DNA from: Yoonia sp.
GTDB taxonomy: Bacteria > Verrucomicrobiota > Verrucomicrobiia > Opitutales > Coraliomargaritaceae
Reading direction: 5' to 3'
NCBI GenBank assembly: GCA_047624095.1
Contig: JBLHPJ010000001.1
Location: forward strand, 1-32,174
Length of the DNA: 32,174 nucleotides
Below are positions 1-8,435 of the stretch, in pieces (the stretch's first letter is position 1; every line of letters starts with the position of its first letter). The notes under the pieces were generated by a model, which made no database searches, was not told the DNA's origin, and saw only the letters and a program-made list of their open reading frames with translations. A program made the position numbers and the translations under genes.

Positions 1-1
1 C

Positions 2-427
2 ACCGAGCGTATCGAAGAGCTTGCAAAAGCAAACGATACACTCAAGCAAGACCTGATGGCAGCAGAATCACAATCGCGTAACACTAGCAGCCGAAAAGAC
101 AGCAGCGCAGCAGCAGCAGCAGCAGCAGCAGCAGCCCGAAGTCAAATAGCTGGGTTCAAACCCAACATGGCACCAGCTGCACAGCCAGCATCTATCGGCA
201 CAGAGACCACAGTGGCGTCGATCAGCACAACTGACGGCATCATCGTCCTCAACTCCACTCCGGAGCTTGGTTTCACCGCTGGCTCAGAGATCACACTCAT
301 CCAAGACTTAACTGCATTGGGTAAAGTTAAGATCACTAAAGTCACCGAGCAACTTGCCATCGCAAACATCCTGCCTGGCACAAAGCTGAAGCTCGTTGCA
401 GGCGACAGCGTCAAAATCCTGCGCTAA
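2..427 (+). CDS. Hypothetical protein, 5'-truncated by the window edge; coiled-coil, Ala-rich linker and small C-terminal beta domain (FlgT-C-like)
   Basis: Frame is open from base 2 (TERIEELAKANDTLKQDLM...), so the ATG at 56 is probably internal. C-terminus VASISTTDGIIVLN..G...G....GKVKITKV.EQLAIANIL.....GDSV is beta-rich. Confidence 0.7.
   Translation, partial: TERIEELAKANDTLKQDLMAAESQSRNTSSRKDSSAAAAAAAAAARSQIAGFKPNMAPAAQPASIGTETTVASISTTDGIIVLNSTPELGFTAGSEITLIQDLTALGKVKITKVTEQLAIANILPGTKLKLVAGDSVKILR
107..133 (+). repeat. Perfect (GCA)9 microsatellite encoding a poly-Ala tract
   Basis: Nine consecutive GCA codons followed by GCC. Confidence 0.95.
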
Positions 428-454
428 TCCGTTTAAAGCTCACACATATAACTT

Positions 455-601
455 ATGATTCCTCGTCTCCTTCTCGTTCTAGCACTCTCGCTCTGCGCAC
501 TCGCGACCAGCGGTTGCTTCGACACCAATCCCGATGATCAAGAATTACCTTGGTCTCGCCCAGCTGACTGGGAAGGCGGCGCCCCCGGATTCGGCGGCTA
601 A
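455..601 (+). CDS. Small putative lipoprotein, 48 aa (not in the ORF track)
   Basis: MIPRLLLVLALSLCALATSG-CFDTNPDDQELPWSRPADWEGGAPGFGG*: basic N-terminus, hydrophobic core and lipobox-like ATSG/C. It lies 27 bp after the upstream stop and is followed by a terminator. Confidence 0.75.
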   Translation: MIPRLLLVLALSLCALATSGCFDTNPDDQELPWSRPADWEGGAPGFGG

Positions 602-626
602 GTCGAGAGCCATTCATTTTAATATC

Positions 627-661
627 AGCGCCTGTATGAGCTTCATACAGGCGCTTTTTTT
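627..661 (+). terminator. Rho-independent terminator
   Basis: AGCGCCTGTATGA-GCT-TCATACAGGCGCT perfect 13-bp stem followed by a T run. Confidence 0.9.
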
Positions 662-697
662 GTGACATTTGCTCCAACCCACTTACAGTCCCACACT

Positions 698-1405
698 ATG
701 TCAGACCAGCCAACCTCCGGAACCCTCACGCTCGTCGCCGCCCCAATCGGCAATCTCTCTGATGTCAGCGCACGCGCCATCGAAGCGCTCAGCGCAGGCA
801 CCGCAATCGCCTGCGAAGACACCCGCGTGACCGGGAAGCTGCTGAGTAAACTCGGCATCGCAGAGCACGGCAAACTCATCTCCTACCGCGAACAAAACGA
901 AAGCTTCATGGCTGGCGAAATTGCCGACCGCATGGAAGCTGGCGAAGACATCGCCCTGATCGCCGATGCCGGCACCCCTGCGATTAGCGATCCCGGCTTC
1001 CGCCTCGTGCGCGAGTGCCGTAAGCGCGGGCTCAAAGTCACGACCGCCCCCGGTGTCAGCGCAGTGATCACCGCCCTCTCTCTTTCAGGACTACCGAGCG
1101 ACTCCTTTTACTATGTCGGCTTCCTCGCACCAAAGAGCGCCGCCCGCAAACGCTTCTTCGAAGCTCAAACAGACTTCGACAGCACCATCATCATTTACGA
1201 ATCCTGCCACCGCATCGGCAAATTCCTCAATGACCTAGTCGCGACGCTTGGCCCCGATCGCTGCATCAGCGTCTGTCGCGAGCTAACGAAGCTCCACGAA
1301 ACCGTGCACACCGGCCCCGCCGGCGAAGTGCGCGACCGCGTCGCCAAAGGCAGTCAAAAAGGCGAGTTCGTTGTGCTGATCGCCAAGGCCGAGTTCGAGC
1401 TGTAA
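698..1405 (+). CDS. rsmI: 16S rRNA (cytidine(1402)-2'-O)-methyltransferase
   Basis: Motifs PIGNL.D, ACEDTR, DAGTPAISDPG, YES.HR, RELTKLHE, KGEFV. ATG at 698 preferred over the GTG at 662, which abuts the terminator. Confidence 0.95.
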   Translation: MSDQPTSGTLTLVAAPIGNLSDVSARAIEALSAGTAIACEDTRVTGKLLSKLGIAEHGKLISYREQNESFMAGEIADRMEAGEDIALIADAGTPAISDPGFRLVRECRKRGLKVTTAPGVSAVITALSLSGLPSDSFYYVGFLAPKSAARKRFFEAQTDFDSTIIIYESCHRIGKFLNDLVATLGPDRCISVCRELTKLHETVHTGPAGEVRDRVAKGSQKGEFVVLIAKAEFEL

Positions 1406-1475
1406 GCGACAGTCGAAGCGGCAATTCTGTCGCTTTTCCGCAGTCACCAAAGCGGCAAGCGTGCCGCTTTGACAC

Positions 1476-1509
1476 AAAAAAGCCCCGCTCGTTACGGAGT
1501 GGGGCTTTT
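1476..1509. terminator. Bidirectional terminator between convergent rsmI and cysK
   Basis: AAAAAAGCCCCGCTC-GTTACG-GAGTGGGGCTTTT, with A and T runs on both sides. Confidence 0.85.
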
Positions 1510-1532
1510 GTTTAAAATGATTTGATTCGAAC

Positions 1533-2495
1533 TTAACTTGCGCTCGCAGCGATCATCTCTTCGCGAGCCTTTTCAGCCAACGGTGTGCTCAAGTAGCGCT
1601 CGCCGAAGCTGCAACCGATAGTAACGATTGTTTTGCCAGCCATCTCGGGACGCTTGGCCAGTTCCATTGCAGCCCAGACATTGGCACCAGTGGAAATACC
1701 ACCGAGGATACCGTCCTTCTCTGCCAGTGCTTGCGCAGTGGCGAAGGCATCTTCATTGGAGACCTTGATCACATCGTCGATAATGTCGGTGTTGCAGTTC
1801 TTCGGAATGAAGCCTGCGCCGATCCCTTGAATCTTATGTGGCCCAGGCTTGCCACCGGAGAGAACCGGACTCGCCTCAGGTTCAACAGCGACCGTATAAA
1901 GTTCCTTGCGTGCCTTAATCACCTCAGAGACACCAGTGATCGTGCCACCGGTGCCGACACCTGCGACAAATGCATCGATGTTGCCACCCGTTGCTTCCCA
2001 AATCTCTTCGGCAGTCGTCAAACGGTGTGCTTCTGGATTCGCGGGATTTTCAAACTGCTGCGGCATGTAAGCTTTTTCGCCGTATTCTTCGACTAGCTCG
2101 CCGGCACGTGCGATTGCACCACCCATACCCTTAGGCCCAGGAGTCAACACGATCTCAGCGCCCAACATACGGAGCAGGACGCGGCGCTCGACCGACATCG
2201 TCTCCGGCATCGTGAGGATCAGCTTGTAGCCCTTGGCGGCACAAACAAACGCGAGTGCGATGCCAGTATTACCGGAAGTCGGCTCGATAATAATGCTATC
2301 CGGCCCAATCTTACCATCACGCTCACCAGCTTCGATCATCGCCTTACCAATACGATCCTTAACGCTCGCGAGTGGGTTAAAGAACTCACACTTCAAATAG
2401 ATGTTGGCATTAACACCTTCCGTGGTGTTGTTGATTTTCACCAAAGGCGTGCCGCCGACTGTTTCGATAATGGAACTGTATAATTTGTTACTCAT
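1533..2495 (-). CDS. cysK: Cysteine synthase A (O-acetylserine sulfhydrylase)
   Basis: PLP Lys motif [38 protein letters not shown]. Confidence 0.96.
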   Translation of the reverse strand: MSNKLYSSIIETVGGTPLVKINNTTEGVNANIYLKCEFFNPLASVKDRIGKAMIEAGERDGKIGPDSIIIEPTSGNTGIALAFVCAAKGYKLILTMPETMSVERRVLLRMLGAEIVLTPGPKGMGGAIARAGELVEEYGEKAYMPQQFENPANPEAHRLTTAEEIWEATGGNIDAFVAGVGTGGTITGVSEVIKARKELYTVAVEPEASPVLSGGKPGPHKIQGIGAGFIPKNCNTDIIDDVIKVSNEDAFATAQALAEKDGILGGISTGANVWAAMELAKRPEMAGKTIVTIGCSFGERYLSTPLAEKAREEMIAASAS

Positions 2496-2615
2496 AAATT
2501 GGTAGTAGTTTGAGATTCAATGAAAGAGACACTAGCAGAGCCCAATTTTAAATCGAGGCAAGCTTTGATCGCAGATCACTTGATTCTCATCGGAAACTCG
2601 TCAACCTCTCGCCAC

Positions 2616-3215
2616 ATGGATACTACTACTGCTATACACCAACGTCGCTCCGTAAAACATTTCGATCCCGATCACAAGATGACTGAAGTCGAGATTCAAT
2701 CCCTACTCGAATTGGCGTTACTCTCCCCCACTTCTTTTAATATGCAGAACTGGCGCTTCGTTGTCGTGACTGACCAAGCGAAGAAAGAAGCGATCCGTGC
2801 CGCGGCCTGGAATCAAGCGCAAGTCAGCGAAGCCTCTGCCCTCATCGTGCTTTGCGCCGATTTGCACTCTTACGAAGATGGTGCTCGCTACTGGGTCAAC
2901 GCACCTCAACCCGTGCAAGACATGCTCGCGCCGATGATTGAGCCATTTTATAAGGACAACGAAGGCCTGCAACGCGACGAAGCCATGCGCTCGATCGGCA
3001 TCGCCTCGCAAACACTGATGCTCACCGCAAAATCCATGGGCTACGACTCTTGCCCAATGATCGGTTTCGACCCCACGAAAGTCGCCGAAATCATCAACCT
3101 GCCCGAGCATCACGTCATCGGCATGATGCTGCCAATCGGCAAATCCCTGAAAGACGCGAACGTCCGCGGCGGGCAACTTACCTACGACGAAGTCGTGTTT
3201 ACAGACACTTTTTAG
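2616..3215 (+). CDS. Nitroreductase family protein (FMN-dependent)
   Basis: RRSVKHF, SPTSFNMQNWRF, GYDSCPMIGFD. Start moved to ATG 2616 (MDTTTAIHQRRS). Confidence 0.92.
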   Translation: MDTTTAIHQRRSVKHFDPDHKMTEVEIQSLLELALLSPTSFNMQNWRFVVVTDQAKKEAIRAAAWNQAQVSEASALIVLCADLHSYEDGARYWVNAPQPVQDMLAPMIEPFYKDNEGLQRDEAMRSIGIASQTLMLTAKSMGYDSCPMIGFDPTKVAEIINLPEHHVIGMMLPIGKSLKDANVRGGQLTYDEVVFTDTF

Positions 3216-3267
3216 ATTAAGCAGCTGATTCACATTTACTGACGATCCCAGCGGGATCCTTGACATT

Positions 3268-3295
3268 AGCCCGGCAATTCATTGCCGGGCTTTTT
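3268..3295 (+). terminator. Hairpin plus T run after the nitroreductase (also REP-like)
   Basis: AGCCCGGCAAT-TC-ATTGCCGGGCT followed by TTTT. Confidence 0.7.
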
Positions 3296-3303
3296 ATTGG
3301 TTG

Positions 3304-3413
3304 ATCCTAAATTCGGCAGTAGGCTTAAGTTGAAGTGCGAGTGAACAGGCACCTGCTACCATTTATTCGCGTGGATCGGCGTGATTCGTCGTTTCAACTC
3401 ATCTTTCTAGGTT
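3304..3413 (+). repeat. Dispersed intergenic repeat / MITE-like element, copy 1
   Basis: Starts ATCCTAAATTCGGCAGTAGGCTTAAGTT and ends GTTTCAACTCATCTTTCTAGGTT. The left module recurs at 9567-9594 (-) and 30759-30786; the right module recurs at 30831-30853. Confidence 0.75.
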
Positions 3414-3469
3414 GATACACGCGTCCCATCGGGACGCATCGGGCCCCATCGGGACGATTGAAAAGGCGC

Positions 3470-3500
3470 AAAAAAACCGTGCCTCTGTTCGAGGCACGGT
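3470..3500 (-). terminator. Rho-independent terminator of the phosphomutase gene
   Basis: ACCGTGCCTC-TGTTC-GAGGCACGGT preceded on + by an A run (T tail on -). Confidence 0.85.
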
Positions 3501-3529
3501 GGCATAAAACAATCGAGACTCGGCAGAGC

Positions 3530-5494
3530 CTACGCTTCCGCACGCACGCGCGCATCGGCATCGATCGCAGATAGGATCGTCTGCATTTCAACTGCGGCTG
3601 CAGCCTTCACCTTCACCAAGTCTTCCGGATCGAGCACATCACTGCGACCGAACACGTAGAACTTAATCTTCGGCTCGGTGCCGGAGCCACGAACTGCGAA
3701 GCTATAGCCGTTGCTCAGTTCGAGGAAGTAAAAGTCCTGTGCTGGAATCTTCTCACCATCGGCATCGATGATTTCATCTTTGCCGAAGTCCGTGAATCCG
3801 GCTACCGCGATATCGCCGAATGCCTTGGGCGGATCATTGCGGTAGGATTCTAGAATGTTCGCGATCTTCGCGCTACCAGCAGCGCCTTCGTAGTAGATGT
3901 TAATGGTCTTCTCTTCGTAGTATCCATGTTGCAAATACAAGGAATCGAGGAACTCGGAGAAGGTCATATCCTGCGACTTCAAGTATGCTGCGACTTCGCA
4001 GAACATAACGACCGCGGCATTCGCATCTTTATCACGGACCTTATCGCTCGCCAGATAACCGTAGCTCTCTTCACCGCCAAAGACGAAGTAGCTGGAGTAA
4101 TCGAGTAGCAGGTCTGCACGTGTCCAAATATCACAGGCATCGTAATCGACCGCCGTGCCTTCTTCTTCCATCAACTTTGCTTTCATCTGCGCTTCGTAGC
4201 CGGCGAGTTTCGCACCGATCCACTTGAAGCCGGTCAAAGTATTGATAGTCTTCAGACCGTGCCAATCCGCCACAGCTTCCTGCATCGGGCTAGTCACGAA
4301 AGTCTTGATAAAGACGACATTGTCGCCGCCGTCTTCAGGAATAATTTCTGCATCCTTGAGCACAGAGATACGATACTCAGCGAGGATTGTGCCGATTTGG
4401 TTACCAGTCAGCAGCACCATCTCGCCATTGCGATCACGCACTGCAACGCCCATGCGGTCGGCATCGGGATCGGTAGCGACAACCACGTCGGCACCGACTT
4501 CATTCGCCTTGGCGATACCCATCGCAAGTGCTTCCGCATTTTCCGGATTTGGCGATTTCACCGTAGGAAAACGAGCATCCTGGACCATCTGCTCAGGCAC
4601 TTCGATCACATCGACACCGAGTGCTTTCAATGCAGGAACAGAGCTAATCGCGCCCGTGCCGTGAATCGGCGTAAAGACAATCTGTGGTGCTTGCGCGGTC
4701 ATGACTTCATCATCGATGACCATTTCCATGAGCACCTCTTGATAAGCAGCATCATCCTTCGCACCCAATATAATGACTTGCGCCATATCGATATCGAGAA
4801 AGGCTGGCACTTCGGACAGTTCTACCAGATTGACTAAATCCACGATACCTTCGGCATGTGGTGAAACCACTTGAGCGCCGTCATCGAAATAGACCTTGAA
4901 GCCGTTATCGTGTGGCGGGTTGTGGCTGGCAGTAATCACCGCACCGCAAGTCGCATGGTTCTGACGAACGGCAAAACTCAACTGCGGCGTTGAGCGCGGA
5001 CCTTCGAAAATAAGCGCCTGACCACCGAGTTTGCACCAAGTGGATGCAGCGAGTTCGCAGAAGTGACGAGAGAAGTGACGCACATCGTGAGCGATCACGA
5101 AGCGTGGCAAGTCGTAGCTACCCGTGTCGTTTAGATATTTCTCAACGTAGCGGAACAGCCCGATCGTTGCGCGCACGAGGTTGAAATCGTTGAGCACATT
5201 CGAGCCGACAGCGGCGTGCTCGGGCGAGCCAATTTCAGAGAGCGTGCCAGTCTCAGCAGCTGCAGCGACACGACCAATCGTGCGACCACGAATACCGCCG
5301 GTGCCGAATGCGAGGTTCTGGTAGAAGCGGTCATTCAGCTCGTCCCACTCACCATTTTCGACGAGTTCGGTGATACTGGCTCCGGCCCATTCAGGAAGAA
5401 AGTCGGCACTCGCCCACTTTTTCAAATTTACAACGGTGCTCTCAAGCAGGGAACCAGAGGCCCCTGCAGCTTCGATTTTTTCTATAAGACTCAT
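3530..5494 (-). CDS. Phosphoglucomutase/phosphomannomutase family (alpha-D-phosphohexomutase)
   Basis: FGTGGIRG, phosphoserine loop TASHNP, metal loop DPDADR, sugar loop GEESYG, RGSGTEPKIKFY. Confidence 0.95.
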   Translation of the reverse strand: MSLIEKIEAAGASGSLLESTVVNLKKWASADFLPEWAGASITELVENGEWDELNDRFYQNLAFGTGGIRGRTIGRVAAAAETGTLSEIGSPEHAAVGSNVLNDFNLVRATIGLFRYVEKYLNDTGSYDLPRFVIAHDVRHFSRHFCELAASTWCKLGGQALIFEGPRSTPQLSFAVRQNHATCGAVITASHNPPHDNGFKVYFDDGAQVVSPHAEGIVDLVNLVELSEVPAFLDIDMAQVIILGAKDDAAYQEVLMEMVIDDEVMTAQAPQIVFTPIHGTGAISSVPALKALGVDVIEVPEQMVQDARFPTVKSPNPENAEALAMGIAKANEVGADVVVATDPDADRMGVAVRDRNGEMVLLTGNQIGTILAEYRISVLKDAEIIPEDGGDNVVFIKTFVTSPMQEAVADWHGLKTINTLTGFKWIGAKLAGYEAQMKAKLMEEEGTAVDYDACDIWTRADLLLDYSSYFVFGGEESYGYLASDKVRDKDANAAVVMFCEVAAYLKSQDMTFSEFLDSLYLQHGYYEEKTINIYYEGAAGSAKIANILESYRNDPPKAFGDIAVAGFTDFGKDEIIDADGEKIPAQDFYFLELSNGYSFAVRGSGTEPKIKFYVFGRSDVLDPEDLVKVKAAAAVEMQTILSAIDADARVRAEA

Positions 5495-5545
5495 AATATG
5501 TTGATTACTAATAACTGATAACGATTCGCTAAACTAAATAAAGAA

Positions 5546-6982
5546 TTACTCGATGATCAGACCTTCGACGATCGCGGGTTTCTCAGCGAGTGCGGACCAC
5601 TGCGCGACGAAGTCAGCCTCATCCGCAGCAAACAAGTGACAAATCTCAAACCAAGTGCTTGGCACGCCGGTCTCATCCGTCTCGATCTCTACGCCCGCAG
5701 CTCTCAGCCAACGAACGAACATGCGGAGTTGATCTCTCTTACAAGACTTCGGCGAGTCCACGCCTTCAGCATTTTTCACAGGACTGAAGTCGTCTTCGCG
5801 CGCGGCTTCAATGATGACCGGGTTCTTAGCCAGTGGCAGCGCATCGAACACAAACATCTCGAACTTCACACCATTCGCGGCATCCGGCGTCACGAGCGTG
5901 CCATCGGCACCAATACAAGGAATCTTCTTGTCCGCACGGTGAAACGGCAGCTTCAAATCAGACGTTGTGCTGCCAGCGCGGGCAATAAACTCACGATCAA
6001 AAATATGAATGGCAACACTGCCACCATTGAAACGGATCGAGCCATCATCGTTGGTCTCTTCCTGCATCGCGTCAGGCATGTCGCTGTATTCGACGACGAG
6101 TGCGGAGTCGTTCTGCATGCAGAAATGGCCAACCTTCTCCAGCGCGTAAGCTTTCGGCACCATCTTACTGGACAACTCCGACTGACCCAACACATGGAAG
6201 CCGATGAAGGCTGGATCGATGCACTGAACAATTGGATTATCAACTTGAAAATAGCTCACGCAATCGACGCCCAGCTCAGCCATCTTCGCCACCGCGCCGC
6301 TACGCACCAGCGCACGCAGCGAACCGCCGTGGCCGTCTGGGGTCATTGCGATTTTCGATTTCTCAGCCAGAAGGATCTTACCCTCATAATCAACAGCAGG
6401 CACCAAGCCTTGCATGATAAAATGCACCGACTCAGAATCGAGGCCGAAGAAATCAGTCTCCTTAAAGGCCGCGATCGTTGCGTCATTATTAATCTCACTG
6501 GTCAGAATAAACCAAGGAATCGTCACACCGAAGCGCTCGCCCGAACGCGCGATCTTCTCTGCAAATACTTGAAACAGTGTCTTCTGCGAAACAGGCGTGA
6601 CCGGATACGTGCCCTTCGGGCCATCGTAGCCGAGGCGTGTGCCTTGACCGCCCGCCACTGTAAACGCAGCCACGCGACCCGCTGCAATCGCAGCCGAACC
6701 GGCTTCAAATGCCGCGGTCCACTGCGCCGCATCACCACCATTCGCAGGCAAAGCAGTATAATGAGCTGGCGTCAGACCGTCCAGGTTGACCGCACTCTCG
6801 TGCTCGCCTTTAACATGCTCCGCGACCAACGCATCCACCTCTGCGAGGTCAATCGAAGCGGCCTGCGCAAGCAATTGAGCCTGCCCGGCTGCGTCGAGTT
6901 CGTCGAAATAGCTAAAGACCTGCCCTTGGCCTGCTTGCTGGAATGCTTGAATGAGAGATGTGGTCGCTTCGGAATTATTCAT
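5546..6982 (-). CDS. UDPGP-family (eukaryote-type UAP-like) UDP-N-acetylhexosamine/UDP-glucose pyrophosphorylase
   Basis: AGGQGTRLG.DGPKG, PDGHGG, QVDNP, VEYSD, KFEMFVFD, FSPVKNA. Confidence 0.9.
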   Translation of the reverse strand: MNNSEATTSLIQAFQQAGQGQVFSYFDELDAAGQAQLLAQAASIDLAEVDALVAEHVKGEHESAVNLDGLTPAHYTALPANGGDAAQWTAAFEAGSAAIAAGRVAAFTVAGGQGTRLGYDGPKGTYPVTPVSQKTLFQVFAEKIARSGERFGVTIPWFILTSEINNDATIAAFKETDFFGLDSESVHFIMQGLVPAVDYEGKILLAEKSKIAMTPDGHGGSLRALVRSGAVAKMAELGVDCVSYFQVDNPIVQCIDPAFIGFHVLGQSELSSKMVPKAYALEKVGHFCMQNDSALVVEYSDMPDAMQEETNDDGSIRFNGGSVAIHIFDREFIARAGSTTSDLKLPFHRADKKIPCIGADGTLVTPDAANGVKFEMFVFDALPLAKNPVIIEAAREDDFSPVKNAEGVDSPKSCKRDQLRMFVRWLRAAGVEIETDETGVPSTWFEICHLFAADEADFVAQWSALAEKPAIVEGLIIE

Positions 6983-7090
6983 AATCAGAGCCGAAACTGA
7001 CTAAAGCGCCCCACGGAAAATGCAAACCCCGATGCACGTCTAGCGTAAAATCGAGGTTAAAACTCAATAGAGGCTTTTCCTCAGGCCCAA

Positions 7091-7393
7091 TCAGGATTCG
7101 TCGGAGAAACGAAACAGCAATTCATCGGGACGCGCGTAACCAAGCCGCTCGCGGACGACCCGCTCCAAAAACTCCGGGTCTTCCAACAATCGAGCCAAAT
7201 ACATCTCCTTTTGCTCAAACTCTTTTCGAGCTTGTGTGAGTTTCGCCTCAATTCTAAGTTCGCGGGCTCTGAAGTTCTGATACTCCCGATACGTCTGCAC
7301 CATGAGACTGCTAAAGAATACGATCAATGCCAACAGCACCCCCAGCATCATGAGTAGGATTACGCGTTCTTTTCGCTGTGAAGGTTTCGACAT
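7091..7393 (-). CDS. ftsB: Septum formation initiator, FtsB/DivIC family
   Basis: 100 aa: one TM helix, a coiled coil, and C-terminal DPEFLERVVRERLGYARPDE. Confidence 0.8.
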   Translation of the reverse strand: MSKPSQRKERVILLMMLGVLLALIVFFSSLMVQTYREYQNFRARELRIEAKLTQARKEFEQKEMYLARLLEDPEFLERVVRERLGYARPDELLFRFSDES

Positions 7394-7469
7394 TAGACTC
7401 CACACAGAAGGCCATTTTCTTAATATTGGAAAGGGAAATCTCAGCTTCGCCTAGAAGATTCCATCATCT

Positions 7470-8288
7470 ATGTATCAAGATTATTTCGGATTCTCGGAAA
7501 TGCCTTTCCACGTCACGCCTAATCCGCGTTTCCTCTTCCTCAGCCCCACCCACGAAGAAGCCCTGCAGCATCTACGCTACGGCATTGAAGACAAAAAAGG
7601 CTTCATCGTGCTGACTGGCGAGGTTGGCTGCGGAAAAACCACACTCTGCCGCAAGCTCCTCGAAGAGCTCGAAGCCAATGAAATGTGCGACACCGCACTG
7701 CTCTTAAACCCTAGAATCTCAGAAACACAGCTGCTCAAGGGCATCATGAAGGAGCTGGGCGAAGAGTCGAAAGCCCGCTCAAAAAGCGATCTGCTCGACA
7801 AGATGAACGACGTCCTGCTGGAGCGCATCCACCAAGGCCGCGAGATCGTGCTCATCATTGACGAGGCGCAAAACCTTTCCTTCGAAGTCATGGAGATGCT
7901 CCGCATGCTCTCCAACCTCGAAACCTACGACCAAAAGCTCCTCCAGATTATTCTCATGGGGCAACCCGAGCTGAATATCAAACTCAAGGAAGAGCGCCTG
8001 CGCCAACTGCGCCAACGCGTGCTCGTCCACTACGATCTCAAGCCCCTCAAACCAGCAGAGGTGCAGCTATACATCCTACACCGTCTCAGCCTCGCAGGTA
8101 GCAACGGCCAGCCGCAATTCACGCGGCACGCGATCAGAAAGATCGCCAAAGGCAGCCTAGGCATCCCGCGCATGATCAACAATCTGTGCGACAAATCCCT
8201 ACTCGCCTCCTTCATCCGCAACGGCACCAACGTCAACTGGTGGGACGCACGTAAGGCGCTCAAAGATATTAATCGGTTACACCGATAA
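7470..8288 (+). CDS. ExeA/GspA (MshM-like) AAA ATPase, ATPase domain only
   Basis: MYQDYFGF...PF...P.P.F, Walker A GEVGCGKT, Walker B IIDEAQNL, GQPEL, GIPR.IN..CD. Confidence 0.9.
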   Translation: MYQDYFGFSEMPFHVTPNPRFLFLSPTHEEALQHLRYGIEDKKGFIVLTGEVGCGKTTLCRKLLEELEANEMCDTALLLNPRISETQLLKGIMKELGEESKARSKSDLLDKMNDVLLERIHQGREIVLIIDEAQNLSFEVMEMLRMLSNLETYDQKLLQIILMGQPELNIKLKEERLRQLRQRVLVHYDLKPLKPAEVQLYILHRLSLAGSNGQPQFTRHAIRKIAKGSLGIPRMINNLCDKSLLASFIRNGTNVNWWDARKALKDINRLHR

Positions 8289-8435
8289 TTTAGAATGGGG
8301 ACGCAGGTCTGCCGAAGATCGCGCAGCCATTACGAATTGAGAATCAATAGTTCCTATCATCTGCGATCATCCGACTCCTAATCCTTAATGCCATTTTCCA
8401 CGTTTCACTTTCCTAATTCCGAATTCCCATAGGCT

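Noticed and set aside
2564-2593. FNR/CRP-like sites between cysK and the nitroreductase (TTGATCGCAGATCAC, TTGATTCTCATCGG)
   Set aside because: The first has the wrong spacer length and the second a poor right half-site
5636-7000. 454-aa + strand ORF and similar long antisense ORFs (e.g. 20781-21467, 26693-27499, 4259-4837)
   Set aside because: Antisense shadows of well-supported genes, explained by codon bias; no recognisable motifs
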